In this document: one piece after another, positions 9,325 through 20,516 of the stretch
Numbering within the stretch: position 1 is the first letter of the stretch
Layout: every line of letters starts with the position of its first letter
Source: Candidatus Kerfeldbacteria bacterium
GTDB taxonomy: Bacteria > Patescibacteriota > Patescibacteriia > JACPL01
Direction of reading: 5' to 3'
Length of the DNA stretch: 64,000 nt
NCBI GenBank assembly: GCA_016182525.1
Contig: JACPGL010000029.1
Location: 22,997-86,996 of the forward strand
Position numbers and translations under genes: made by a program
Notes under the pieces: model-generated
Database searches by the model: none
Told to the model about the DNA's origin: nothing
What the model saw: the letters and a program-made list of their open reading frames with translations, nothing else

Positions 9325-10616
9325 ATATTTTCACGGATAATCGAAGCTCCAAGCGCTTGAAGTCGCTCTTCAATCTTCTCGTATCCTCGATCGATCTGCT
9401 CAATATTCAGTATACAACTTTCGCGCTTTGCCACAAGCGCTGCAATAATCATGGTCGCTCCAGAACGAATATCGAAACCCATGATCTCGGTGCCGGTAAG
9501 AGGCGTGGGGCCAACGATCAGGGCGCGATGAGGGTCGCAAATCGTAATGTTTGCCCCCATGCGCACGAGCTCTTCCAGATATTTCTGACGCCCTTCGTAC
9601 ATCCATTCATGAATCAGCGATGTGCCTCGCGCCTGCGTGAGCATCACGGCAAGAGGCGGTAAAAGATCAGGGGAACAGCCGGGATACGGCATGCTATTCA
9701 ATTTGCTCACTCCACGAAGTTCTGCAGGCTTCACAACGCAATCGGTGATCGTGTATTGCCCATCCGGATCGTTTCGTTCGTTTGTGAATGAGAAATCCAC
9801 ACCGGCTTCGTCAAACTTCGCACATTCAAGACGTGAAAATGCCGGGACGATATTCTGGATGATGAGCGAAGAATGTGTCGCGGCAGCAAGCGCGACGAAC
9901 GTTCCTCCCTCAATATGATCGGGCATGATCGTGTGTTCTGCTGCGTGCAGTGTCGAGGCGCCAGTCACTGTCACGTCATGCGTTCCAATACCCTCAATCG
10001 CCACTCCAGTTTTCTGCAAGAACCGACAGAGATCTTGAATGTACGGCTCAGAAGCCGCGTTGTGAATCACCGTGGTGTCAGGAATTTGCGCGGCAGTGAG
10101 AATGACGTTTGCGGTACCGGTCACGCTCATTTCCGTCATGACCACTTCTCCGCCATGCAAATGATCGGCGCGCAAGGTATAAAACTCCCCTGACCCTGTA
10201 ATCTGCATTCCGAGTTTTTCAAGAGCGAGAAAATGCGCGTCTATTGGCCGTGCTCCAATTTTATCTCCGCCCGGGAGCGGCATGCTCATTTCTCCGACAC
10301 GCGGCGTGACCGTACTGAACAAATAGCTGGACATGCGCATTTTTCGCACCGTCTCGGTGTCGAGTTTGGTGATATCAAGGTCGCTCCCTGAAATTTCGAG
10401 CGTGTGCTCATCTTTCCACGTGACGTGAACGCCTAAAGCAGAATAGACATCCACCAAGCGCCGGACATCAAGAATGTTTGGAACATTGTGAAGAATCGAG
10501 GTCCCTTGTGTAAGCGTCGCAGCAGGAATAATGCACGCCGCGGCGTTTTTTGCTCCACGCGCCTCAATGACGCCAGAAAGAGCCTTTCCTCCCTGAATTC
10601 GAAACTGCTGTGCCAT
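9321..10616 (-). CDS. murA: UDP-N-acetylglucosamine 1-carboxyvinyltransferase (Asp-type active site)
   Basis: GAKNAA, LPGGDKIGARPIDAH, SVTGTAN, AASEP, PDHIEGGT, DIRSG and IDRGYE motifs. Confidence 0.93.
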   Translation of the reverse strand: MAQQFRIQGGKALSGVIEARGAKNAAACIIPAATLTQGTSILHNVPNILDVRRLVDVYSALGVHVTWKDEHTLEISGSDLDITKLDTETVRKMRMSSYLFSTVTPRVGEMSMPLPGGDKIGARPIDAHFLALEKLGMQITGSGEFYTLRADHLHGGEVVMTEMSVTGTANVILTAAQIPDTTVIHNAASEPYIQDLCRFLQKTGVAIEGIGTHDVTVTGASTLHAAEHTIMPDHIEGGTFVALAAATHSSLIIQNIVPAFSRLECAKFDEAGVDFSFTNERNDPDGQYTITDCVVKPAELRGVSKLNSMPYPGCSPDLLPPLAVMLTQARGTSLIHEWMYEGRQKYLEELVRMGANITICDPHRALIVGPTPLTGTEIMGFDIRSGATMIIAALVAKRESCILNIEQIDRGYEKIEERLQALGASIIRENI

Positions 10617-10691
10617 AGAATAATTTTCTCGGATCTGATAGAATGAACTTCATCATGATGCCATACTTTTTGCAAACGGTCAACGAAAAAC

Positions 10692-12041
10692 ATGGATATT
10701 AAACTGCGCCGCGGGCTCTATCTTTCGTTCATTCTGGCTTTTATCGTCCTCTCGCCGATTATTCTTGGGTATGCCCGCGGGTATCGGTATTCTTTCCAGC
10801 AAAAGCGCATTGTCCAGACAGGGATTGCGATCTTGGAATCTCAACCAAGCAATGCGAATATCGTTATTGACGACCAACCGACCGATATGCGCACGCTTGC
10901 AACGATAAAGAATCTTCGTCCCAACGATTACGTTTTTACCGTCAGAAAAGACGGCTACGCCCCGTGGTCAAAGAAGCTCACGATCAGCGCAGGCGCGGCG
11001 ACGATTGCTGATCGGATTACGCTTTTTCGAGAGCAGCCTGAACAAAAGAATGTGCGTGACGATCTTCTCACGCTCGCTCTCCGCTCAAGACGCGAGGAAA
11101 TTCTGTATACCGTCAAGAGAGAGGACGGCGCGACAGAACTCCATCGCTACCATACCGGTTCTGCAAGTGATATTCTGATTTACGAAACACTGGATCCAAT
11201 CGAATCGTACACACTTTCGCGTCATGGAACAGCGGTGTTGATCTCTCAAACGCCCGCGGTCGGGAATCCACGCGTCATTGTTCAAAATACCTATCGCCCA
11301 TCAGACAACATTCCCCTCTCCGATCTGGTGGATGTGCCGATCCTCACCACTCGCTGGTCGGAGGATTCCGATGATGTGGTTTTTGTGCGGTCGGCAGAAA
11401 AATCCTTCATTGCCAATCTCTCCACTCGGCGCGTTCTTGAACTCGATCTGAAGGAGTTTGAAAATGCGGTGTACTTTCTCACGCATGTGCATCTCTATAC
11501 TGTTCAAAACGGAGTCCTCACCATGATCAACACGGAAGACCAAAAGCGTCAAATCCTCTCTGAAGGAATTACTGGGAGCATTTCCACGTGTCCATATTCG
11601 TCAGATCGACTGGCGATCAGTTCGCTCAAGAATCAAAAATTCATGATCCTCACTGATCTTGAAAACTCGCCCAAGATTCACACGCTCGATCAGCGCGTCA
11701 CAGGATGCGAGTGGTCGCATGACGGGAGTGAGCTGTTATTTTGGAATGAGTTTGAGATCGGCGTGTACTCAATCAAGACGCGAGTCACGGAGATTCTGAA
11801 TCGGGTGAGCACTCCTATTCGACTTGTGCAGTTTTTCCCGAATGAGTTTGCAGTTGTGGTTCTTACGGAAGATGGAACCGTTTCGGCGCTTGAACGCGAC
11901 GGCCGTGACCGGAGAAATCATTCTGTACTTGGAGAGGATGTGGATTTTTTTACGCTTTCAAATGATGGGAAAAGTCTCTTCGTTGAGAGAAAGGATGATG
12001 CAACAGGCTTTTTGAGTCTTGAATCGTTGACTATTCAGTAA
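10692..12041 (+). CDS. Membrane-anchored PEGA-domain protein with a C-terminal beta-propeller-like region
   Basis: N-terminal TM, YARGYRY...QTGIAILESQPSNANIVID...LRPNDYVFTVRKDGYAPWSK (PEGA), and WSHDGSELLF / LSNDGKSLF repeats. Confidence 0.75.
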   Translation: MDIKLRRGLYLSFILAFIVLSPIILGYARGYRYSFQQKRIVQTGIAILESQPSNANIVIDDQPTDMRTLATIKNLRPNDYVFTVRKDGYAPWSKKLTISAGAATIADRITLFREQPEQKNVRDDLLTLALRSRREEILYTVKREDGATELHRYHTGSASDILIYETLDPIESYTLSRHGTAVLISQTPAVGNPRVIVQNTYRPSDNIPLSDLVDVPILTTRWSEDSDDVVFVRSAEKSFIANLSTRRVLELDLKEFENAVYFLTHVHLYTVQNGVLTMINTEDQKRQILSEGITGSISTCPYSSDRLAISSLKNQKFMILTDLENSPKIHTLDQRVTGCEWSHDGSELLFWNEFEIGVYSIKTRVTEILNRVSTPIRLVQFFPNEFAVVVLTEDGTVSALERDGRDRRNHSVLGEDVDFFTLSNDGKSLFVERKDDATGFLSLESLTIQ

Positions 12042-12855
12042 GGTATGCGCAAAGAGCCTTTTGCCACGAGCGAAGCGGCGGCATTTTTGTGTTGTGCAAG
12101 GAGGAGGTGGCCGGACGTTTCGTTGGTGTAGGGTAATCTTTTGTCTGGATCGGGGTCACGGTGACAGCGCTTTTCGAAAGTGAAAAAATCTCGCAAGCAA
12201 AGGCGTACCATGTGGTCTCTTCTTCGTTCACGGCGTGGTAGATGCCGTACGGATAGTGATTCGCGTGCTCAAGAAGGAAGCGTGTTGCGAGTGCAACATC
12301 TTTTGTCCAAGTCGATTTGCCGTGCTGATCATTCACGACTCGTATCTCTGATTTTTCGCGAGCAAGGCGGAGCATCGTATCGACAAAATTCTTACCGTTT
12401 TTCCCGTAGAGCCAGGAGGTGCGAAGAAGATAATACGCATCGCTGTTCAGGGCGAGTTGCCGCTCCCCTTCGACTTTTGAACGCCCATAGGCGCCAATGG
12501 GATGAACCGGATCATCTTCGCGATATCCCTCTTTACGCGCTCCATCAAAGACATAATCCGTGCTGTAGTGCACCAACACAGCTTTCGCCTTTTTTGCTGC
12601 ACGCGCAAGGATGCCAACGGCTTCTCCATTGATCTGTGTGGCGAGCGCTTCTTCAGATTCTGCGCCATCGACATTGGTATATGCCGCGGCGTTGATCACG
12701 ACAGTGGGTTTCACCTCTTCTAACGTCCGCCGAACTTGTAACTCGTTCGTAATGTCGCAGTTGGACTGATCACGTCCAATCGGCGACAAATCAGAAAACA
12801 CCTCCATCAGGTCTGTCCCCAACATGCCCTTCGCCCCGAAAATAAGAAGTTTCAT
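12031..12855 (-). CDS. rfbD: dTDP-4-dehydrorhamnose reductase
   Basis: GAKGMLG, NAAAYTNVDGAE, STDYVFDG, YGRSK, RTSWLYG and VVNDQHG motifs. Confidence 0.95.
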   Translation of the reverse strand: MKLLIFGAKGMLGTDLMEVFSDLSPIGRDQSNCDITNELQVRRTLEEVKPTVVINAAAYTNVDGAESEEALATQINGEAVGILARAAKKAKAVLVHYSTDYVFDGARKEGYREDDPVHPIGAYGRSKVEGERQLALNSDAYYLLRTSWLYGKNGKNFVDTMLRLAREKSEIRVVNDQHGKSTWTKDVALATRFLLEHANHYPYGIYHAVNEEETTWYAFACEIFSLSKSAVTVTPIQTKDYPTPTKRPATSSLHNTKMPPLRSWQKALCAYLTE

Positions 12856-12875
12856 ACTCATTCAAAGATATAGCC

Positions 12876-12975
12876 CACGGGTCCTGTCAGCGGGCACCCT
12901 GTCACACCTCGCTCCACGCTCGCTTCGCTCCCAGCTACGCTCGGTGTGACCGCTTTCCCGCTGCCACCCGTCGTG
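12876..12975. repeat. Nested hairpin element with a GAGCG-rich loop (minus-strand reading)
   Basis: ACGGGT/ACCCGT, CAGCGGG/CCCGCTG and GTCACACC/GGTGTGAC pairs. The loop reads GAGCG...GAGCG...GAGCG..GAGCGA on the minus strand. Confidence 0.7.
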
Positions 12976-13047
12976 ACCTCACCTCTTGAGAAGATGTGGA
13001 ACGACAGCCAGAATACGTTCGAGAACCACTTCCCGAGGAGGGGGTAA

Positions 13048-13216
13048 GGAGATCGCGAGAACGGAAAGGGGTCGCGGAGGAGGCTCCGGAGGCCCGAGCG
13101 GGCATGGATGCCGGTCGAATCGACCGGCAGAGCGAGGGCCGAGGAAGAGCGCAAAATCCTCGCAGGGGATTTTGACGCGTACTCCGAAGCGACACCTTTC
13201 CGGGCTCGCGGATTTT
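13048..13216 (+). repeat. Multibranch structured element, copy A (candidate ncRNA or non-autonomous mobile element)
   Basis: Outer stem GCGAG-aa-CGGAAAGG-GTCGC / GCGAC-CCTTTCCG-gg-CTCGC. Inner stems GGCCC/GGGCC, TGCCGGTCGA/TCGACCGGCA and CAAAATCC/GGATTTTG. Junction motifs are shared with 17075-17251. Confidence 0.7.
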
Positions 13217-13219
13217 TGA

Positions 13220-13262
13220 GAGATCCTTCGACTCGCTTTGCTCGCTGAAGGCATGACAGTTC
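13220..13262. repeat. REP-like unit (GAGATCCTTCGAC...ATGACAGTTC)
   Basis: Both ends are identical to the unit at 17138-17169. Confidence 0.75.
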
Positions 13263-13280
13263 TGCTGGTGACTCAAGCGA

Positions 13281-14282
13281 TTAAGAATTCTGATACTGCT
13301 TTTTGTAGTACTCGAGATACTCGCCGCTCTTGAGCGGTTTCCACCACGACTCATTCGCTTTGTACCACTCAATGGTCGCCTCAAGCGCGCGGTCAAGGTC
13401 ATATTCAGGTTTCCATCCAAGTTTAGCGAGTTTGGACCAATCAAGAGAATACCGACGGTCATGGCCAAGCCGGTCTTTGACATACTCGATCATGTCCTCG
13501 GACGTGCTCATGGCGGCAAGAATCTTTTTTGTCAGCTCAAGGTTTGTGATTTCATTGCCCGATCCGATGTTGTACACTTCTCCGATCTCCCCTTTTGTCA
13601 TGATCGTATCAATGGCTCGGCAGTAGTCTTCGGTATAAATATACTCGCGAACATTCAATCCATCACCATAGAGCGGAACTTTTTTCCCTTCCATCAGGTT
13701 GGTAATGAACAGCGGGATCACTTTTTCGGGATACTGATACGGCCCAATGAAATTCACACTGTGTGTCACGATGACTGGCGTTCCATATGTTCGAAAATAC
13801 GCGCGGCACAGGTGATCGCCACCGGCTTTTGAGGCGGAATATGGGCTATTGGGTTCGAATGGACTTTCTTCGGTAAATTTTCCCTTTTCAATACTGCCAA
13901 ACACTTCGTCGGTCGAAATTTGGATGAATTTGCCCGTTCCGTGCTTTTTGATGGCTTCGAGAAGCGTGTACGATCCCAGCACATCCGTCATGATAAAGGC
14001 TTTCGGGTCCAAGATCGATCGGTCAACATGGGTTTCTGCAGCAAAGTTCACCACCACATCAGGTTTTGTCTGAAACACACGCTCAACATCTCCCTCGTTT
14101 GCAATGTCACCCTTGATGAACGAATATCGTTTATCACGTTCAACATCGCGAAGATTTTCAAGATTCCCGGCGTAGGTCAGCTTATCAAAATTCACCACCC
14201 GAACGTCTTGATACGTTTTAAGGAGATAGTGGATAAAGTTGGAGCCCATGAATCCTGCTCCGCCGGTAACGAGAATGGTCAT
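13281..14282 (-). CDS. rfbB: dTDP-glucose 4,6-dehydratase
   Basis: TGGAGFMGSNF, DKLTYAGN, AAETHVDRSI, ISTDEVFG, PNSPYSASKA and DRLGHDRRY motifs. Confidence 0.96.
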   Translation of the reverse strand: MTILVTGGAGFMGSNFIHYLLKTYQDVRVVNFDKLTYAGNLENLRDVERDKRYSFIKGDIANEGDVERVFQTKPDVVVNFAAETHVDRSILDPKAFIMTDVLGSYTLLEAIKKHGTGKFIQISTDEVFGSIEKGKFTEESPFEPNSPYSASKAGGDHLCRAYFRTYGTPVIVTHSVNFIGPYQYPEKVIPLFITNLMEGKKVPLYGDGLNVREYIYTEDYCRAIDTIMTKGEIGEVYNIGSGNEITNLELTKKILAAMSTSEDMIEYVKDRLGHDRRYSLDWSKLAKLGWKPEYDLDRALEATIEWYKANESWWKPLKSGEYLEYYKKQYQNS

Positions 14283-14291
14283 AGAGAGAGT

Positions 14292-16497
<2,206 letters not shown>

Positions 16498-16503
16498 ACG
16501 AAA

Positions 16504-16527
16504 GTGGCAAAAGCTTAGCTTTGGACA
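16504..16527. repeat. 24-bp quasi-palindrome, copy 1
   Basis: GTGGCAAAAGCTTAGCTTTGGACA, 23/24 identical to 38373-38396. Confidence 0.75.
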
Positions 16528-17054
16528 TGCGAAAGATAGAGGAGGTATGCGGCGAGTGTGAGAGAATCGGTGATTTCACCAGCGCGTATCATATCCTGAA
16601 ATCGCGCTTGTGTCACTGTTTTCTGGGGGAGCCGGCCTTCATGTTCATCGGGCTGGAATGCATCACTCGAAAAAAGCTTGCGACCAAGATACACAAATGC
16701 CTTCTGCGCTACCGTCCCAGGTGCGACCTCAAACTCACCGATGAGCGTAAACTCTTTTGCATCATACCCGGTTTCTTCAATGCATTCTCGTCGTGCTCCC
16801 TCTTCTGGCGTTTCACCGGCTTCTGAAGCTCCCATGGGAAATTCCCACGAGCGCTGTTTCTGCAAATACCGATACGGGTGCACAAGAAGAAACTGATCGT
16901 CGTGGGTCACCGGGACGACGATGCAACAAGGAAGTTTTTCGATGTAGTGATACTTCCCGCGCGATCCATCTGACCGCTCAAACTCGTCAATACGATACGT
17001 GTGAAACGGATTTTCGTCAACAATTTTTGAGGAGAGTGTTTTCCAGATAGTCAT
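16515..17054 (-). CDS. NUDIX hydrolase (ADP-ribose pyrophosphatase-like)
   Basis: Nudix box GASEAGETPEEGARRECIEETGY and C-terminal GEITDSLT. Confidence 0.88.
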   Translation of the reverse strand: MTIWKTLSSKIVDENPFHTYRIDEFERSDGSRGKYHYIEKLPCCIVVPVTHDDQFLLVHPYRYLQKQRSWEFPMGASEAGETPEEGARRECIEETGYDAKEFTLIGEFEVAPGTVAQKAFVYLGRKLFSSDAFQPDEHEGRLPQKTVTQARFQDMIRAGEITDSLTLAAYLLYLSHVQS

Positions 17055-17074
17055 AGAAGTACAGGAAAGGGTAA

Positions 17075-17251
17075 GTGGGTAAAGAAGGATGCTGTGAAGG
17101 GGATTCCGCAGCGCGAGCGGCCATGGTGTCCCGAACTGAGATCCTTCGACAAGCTCAGGATGACAGTTCGGGACGAGCGAGCGCGAGGCAAAGCGCGGCC
17201 GACGCGGTGGGTCGGCCGACGCGGCCCCTGAACAGCACCTTCTTTACCCAC
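17075..17251 (+). repeat. Multibranch structured element, copy B, with a REP-like unit inserted in an internal loop
   Basis: 14-bp terminal inverted repeat GTGGGTAAAGAAGG / CCTTCTTTACCCAC, extended by TGCTGT/ACAGCA and GGGG/CCCC. Inner stems GTCCCGAACTG/CAGTTCGGGAC and CGGCCGAC/GTCGGCCG. Confidence 0.75.
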
Positions 17252-17264
17252 GACATCATCCCCC

Positions 17265-17819
17265 TTAGCTTGGCGTGTAGTCCCAAAATCCTTGGCCAAA
17301 GGAGTCAATGGGCAAGCGATACTCATCGCTCTTCTTCACGTCCGGCGAGAAGTGTCGGTTCACGAAGTAGAACAGCTCTGAATGCTCTGAAAGGGCTTTG
17401 TATCCATGGGCAACTCCGCGTGGAATGTATAAAAGATGGGCTCGGCCGGCACCCAAAACGAGCCGTTGAACCACGTCGTGCGTTTTCGAATCTTTTCGGC
17501 AATCTTTCAGGCCAATGAGCAATGTCGACGATGGCGGAACAAACCACACATCCTCTTGATTCATGTGGAGGTGCACGCCTTTCACTCTCCCTTTTTCCAA
17601 CACCGACCAACTAAACTGCGCCGGCACAAAACCAGCGAATCCTTGGAGCGCGCCTTTTGCCTCGGCTCGAACAATTTCAACAAACTCTCCACCATCATCG
17701 ATAAACCGTTTTGATTCGCTGACGACTACTCCAACGACTTTTTCGCGAGCGGAATAATCTTGCTTGGTGAGATCGGCATTTGCCGTCTCAGTTAACTCTT
17801 TCTCAGTCAATTTTTTCAT
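17265..17819 (-). CDS. rfbC: dTDP-4-dehydrorhamnose 3,5-epimerase family (cupin)
   Basis: DDGGEFVE, VKGVHLH, LKDCRKDSKT and LYIPRGVAHGY motifs. Located in the rfb operon. Confidence 0.85.
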   Translation of the reverse strand: MKKLTEKELTETANADLTKQDYSAREKVVGVVVSESKRFIDDGGEFVEIVRAEAKGALQGFAGFVPAQFSWSVLEKGRVKGVHLHMNQEDVWFVPPSSTLLIGLKDCRKDSKTHDVVQRLVLGAGRAHLLYIPRGVAHGYKALSEHSELFYFVNRHFSPDVKKSDEYRLPIDSFGQGFWDYTPS

Positions 17820-17827
17820 AAAAAGTG

Positions 17828-18550
17828 TTAATCATCGTTTTCGCCCGCGAGTCGAGCCGCGAGTTTATACGCACGATATAATGAAGAGAATGTGCCGGCG
17901 TCGATCCATTCCCCTTTCACCGTCTCGACGTCGAGCTCGCCGAGCTTGAGATAGGCATTATGAACCTCGGTGATTTCAAGTTCTCCACGAGCAGACGGTT
18001 TGACGTGCTTTGCAATATCAACAACGCGGTTATCATAGACATACAATCCTGTGACGGCGTAATTGGAATCGGGTTGTTTTGGTTTTTCTTCAATACGCGT
18101 TGCTTTTCCTTCGTGATCAAACCACACCACGCCAAATCGCTCAGGATCAGGAACCTCTTTGGCAAACACTTTTCCGCCGCTTTTGAAACTTTGAATTTCT
18201 TGTGAAAGATCGTCCTCAAAAATGTTGTCTCCAAGAATCATGGCCACATCCTCGTGATCCAAAAAATCTTCACCGATAATAAACGCCTGCGCCAAACCCT
18301 CAGGCTTATCTTGAATTTCGTAGGTGAACTTCGCTCCGAACTCACGCCCCGAACCAAGAAGCCGCAAATAATCCCCTGCCCGATCCGGCGCAACAATAAC
18401 CAAGATCTCCTTGATCCCCGCTTTGAGAAGCGTCTCAAGAGGATAAAAAATCATCGGTTTGTTGTAGATCGGCAAAAGTTGCTTACTCGTCACTTTGGTC
18501 AGGGGCGAAAGACGAGATCCGGCTCCGCCAGAAAGAATAATCCCTTTCAT
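17828..18550 (-). CDS. rfbA: Glucose-1-phosphate thymidylyltransferase (short form)
   Basis: MKGIILSGGAGSRLSPLT...SKQLLPIYNKPMIFYP, QDKPEGLAQAF, EEKP and SARGELEIT motifs. Confidence 0.93.
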   Translation of the reverse strand: MKGIILSGGAGSRLSPLTKVTSKQLLPIYNKPMIFYPLETLLKAGIKEILVIVAPDRAGDYLRLLGSGREFGAKFTYEIQDKPEGLAQAFIIGEDFLDHEDVAMILGDNIFEDDLSQEIQSFKSGGKVFAKEVPDPERFGVVWFDHEGKATRIEEKPKQPDSNYAVTGLYVYDNRVVDIAKHVKPSARGELEITEVHNAYLKLGELDVETVKGEWIDAGTFSSLYRAYKLAARLAGENDD

Positions 18551-18846
18551 AAAAGGTTTGATGTTAAAATCCAAAAAAGAACACTTGCTGCAAGCGTGAT
18601 GGCATACGGGATCGTAATAATCTTTTCTTCATGCTCTCGAGCGGCGAAAGACGCGAGAAGTGCAAGAAAGAAAAGCAGCGCAACGGCCGTTATCCATGAA
18701 CGAATCGAAAACACAAAAGAAACCATCCCGGGGAATATTTCTTCAAGACCAAGAAGGACGAATGTTGTGACCAGAAAAACTTTCCCGAAAAAGACGGAGA
18801 GGTCTCCTACAGATGCCGCGATAGATTTCCAGTGTTGGATAGTCAT
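18547..18846 (-). CDS. Small integral membrane protein
   Basis: 99 aa with about 3 hydrophobic segments. ATGA overlaps on both sides. Confidence 0.65.
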   Translation of the reverse strand: MTIQHWKSIAASVGDLSVFFGKVFLVTTFVLLGLEEIFPGMVSFVFSIRSWITAVALLFFLALLASFAAREHEEKIITIPYAITLAASVLFWILTSNLL

Positions 18847-20399
18847 GAAAGGCGAAAGAAACGTTTGAGGCGAGGAAGAAAATTTTCGAGCGTCAACGGC
18901 TCTTTTTCGAGCACGACCGTGATCTTGTGAATCTTGAAATCGCTTGGATGTGATCCAATCCCTTGTGCAACAAAACGGAAATGCAACGTGTTGTCAACGG
19001 TCTGAACCTGTGTCAGATCAAATTCAGCTTTCGCACTTTTCCAGAATCCATTCTTTTCGGGAGACGAATAGTCGGATGCAATGATATAGTCAACCGTATT
19101 GATATTTGTCGTGGATGTCAGCGTGATGAGCCCTGGATACGGCAGAAATATCTGTTCTTTTGAAAATGCAATAACTCCATCTGTTGATAGTTGAACATCA
19201 TTTTTGGGCACTCCTATCTCGATTGTGTCTTCCGGTGTCGGCACTGCGTTCAGAGAAAGCTTTTCTGTGATTTTGACCCCAGGTTCAGTAAGAGAAAGAG
19301 TGCGTCCATCGAGAGTAATCTCTTGGAGACCAAATGGATGCGACGTCGAAAACGATGCCGACTTCCCCACAATAAAAATGGTGGACGGATCCCGATTCAG
19401 ATCCGGAATGGTGGAGGCATATTCTTCGCTCCCGGCAAGAAAAAGTCCATTTTGAAAAACAAGAACATCTTGTTCGGTCTCGATACTCTGAATGAGAAAA
19501 TCTGAACTCACGTCAAGTTCAACCGTGTGCACTCCTTCCAAAAGATCTGCGACTCGAAAATCGATGGATTGCCGCGCTGAAGCGACGCCACCCGCGGACT
19601 CATCTCCATCATCTTGAATGGTTTGCTCGAACACTTTTTCGTCGTTCGCATTATAGACGTTGAAGTGAAAGCGGTCAGGGCCAAAGCTACGATTCATATC
19701 TTGGAACTGAACAGCAAAAACGAGCGGCTCATCGGGAGAAAGATACGTTTGCATGGTGTGCTTTCCTCGAAGCGGCTTGTCAATTCGAATGCGCTCTTCT
19801 CGGCGTGGAGGCGGAGTGACGCGCTCATACGGTTTGAGGTTGTACCGGTATGCTGCAACAGCCGCATCGCGCGGTGGATTGGCAAGGAAATCTGAAATAG
19901 AAGCATACTGATGAACTGTTTTATTCGTCAGTGGATCAGATGGGCGCTGAAGAAGGGTGACGCCTGCCTGTCCATCACTCTTTCGATCCCAATCGAGTTC
20001 ATCAACCCACCGATTTTGAAGCGGCTTCGAGATGTATAGAGCGCTATTCGGAATGCGCTGCAGCTCCATCTCTACAATATTTTCTCTCGTGTTTTCAAAT
20101 TCAACGTTCATCTTTGCTTTTTGAAACGGGCGCCCTGTATTGAGGGTAAATTCCGCCGGACTCCCAATGACGCGCTGATACGTTACTCCTCTTTCGAGAT
20201 CTTCTTCTGGGAGCGCAACATTCTGACCGGGTTCAAGCTCTGTAAATACTGGCGACTCTTTTCCTAGTTCAAATGAAAACTCTCGCGATCCAAACGGAGC
20301 AAAATACAGAATGCTTAAATAGACAACCAGAGCGACAGGAAGCCCATATCCTGCTCTCTTTACCCATAGCTCGATGTGTCCCCGCGAAATGTGCTGCAT
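18843..20399 (-). CDS. Membrane-anchored extracytoplasmic protein of unknown function
   Basis: 518-aa ORF, N-terminal TM, beta-rich body. First gene of the rfb-ahcY operon. Confidence 0.7.
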   Translation of the reverse strand: MQHISRGHIELWVKRAGYGLPVALVVYLSILYFAPFGSREFSFELGKESPVFTELEPGQNVALPEEDLERGVTYQRVIGSPAEFTLNTGRPFQKAKMNVEFENTRENIVEMELQRIPNSALYISKPLQNRWVDELDWDRKSDGQAGVTLLQRPSDPLTNKTVHQYASISDFLANPPRDAAVAAYRYNLKPYERVTPPPRREERIRIDKPLRGKHTMQTYLSPDEPLVFAVQFQDMNRSFGPDRFHFNVYNANDEKVFEQTIQDDGDESAGGVASARQSIDFRVADLLEGVHTVELDVSSDFLIQSIETEQDVLVFQNGLFLAGSEEYASTIPDLNRDPSTIFIVGKSASFSTSHPFGLQEITLDGRTLSLTEPGVKITEKLSLNAVPTPEDTIEIGVPKNDVQLSTDGVIAFSKEQIFLPYPGLITLTSTTNINTVDYIIASDYSSPEKNGFWKSAKAEFDLTQVQTVDNTLHFRFVAQGIGSHPSDFKIHKITVVLEKEPLTLENFLPRLKRFFRLS

Positions 20400-20406
20400 G
20401 GTTCAA

Positions 20407-20435
20407 AGTATGCCTTTTTTCGGGCAAAAAGTCAA
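20407..20435 (-). promoter_or_regulatory. sigma70-type promoter (likely leaderless transcript)
   Basis: TTGACT-N17-CATACT, 7 nt before ATG 20399. Confidence 0.6.
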
Positions 20436-20485
20436 CATTCTTGCGCGAAAATCTAAAGTGCGATAGTGTAGAGATCGACTTTTCG

Positions 20486-20494
20486 TGATATACT
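20486..20494 (+). promoter_or_regulatory. Extended -10 promoter
   Basis: TGATATACT upstream of ATG 20517. Confidence 0.4.
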
Positions 20495-20516
20495 CATCTT
20501 GATTTATTTTTCTGCT

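Noticed and set aside
13048-13216. RNase P, tmRNA, SRP, tRNA or hammerhead identity for the structured elements
   Set aside because: I could not find their hallmark motifs (GAGGAAAGUCC, T-loop GTTCRA with acceptor stem, CUGANGA/GAAA core) in the right context.
12858-13483. Short ORFs (98, 182, 91, 77 aa) across the rfbB-rfbD spacer
   Set aside because: They are translations of GC-rich palindromic elements with no recognisable motif, and one overlaps rfbB out of frame.
17051-17326. 91-aa ORF between rfbC and NUDIX
   Set aside because: It spans hairpin element B. The peptide (VILSLSKD) is a typical repeat-derived translation.
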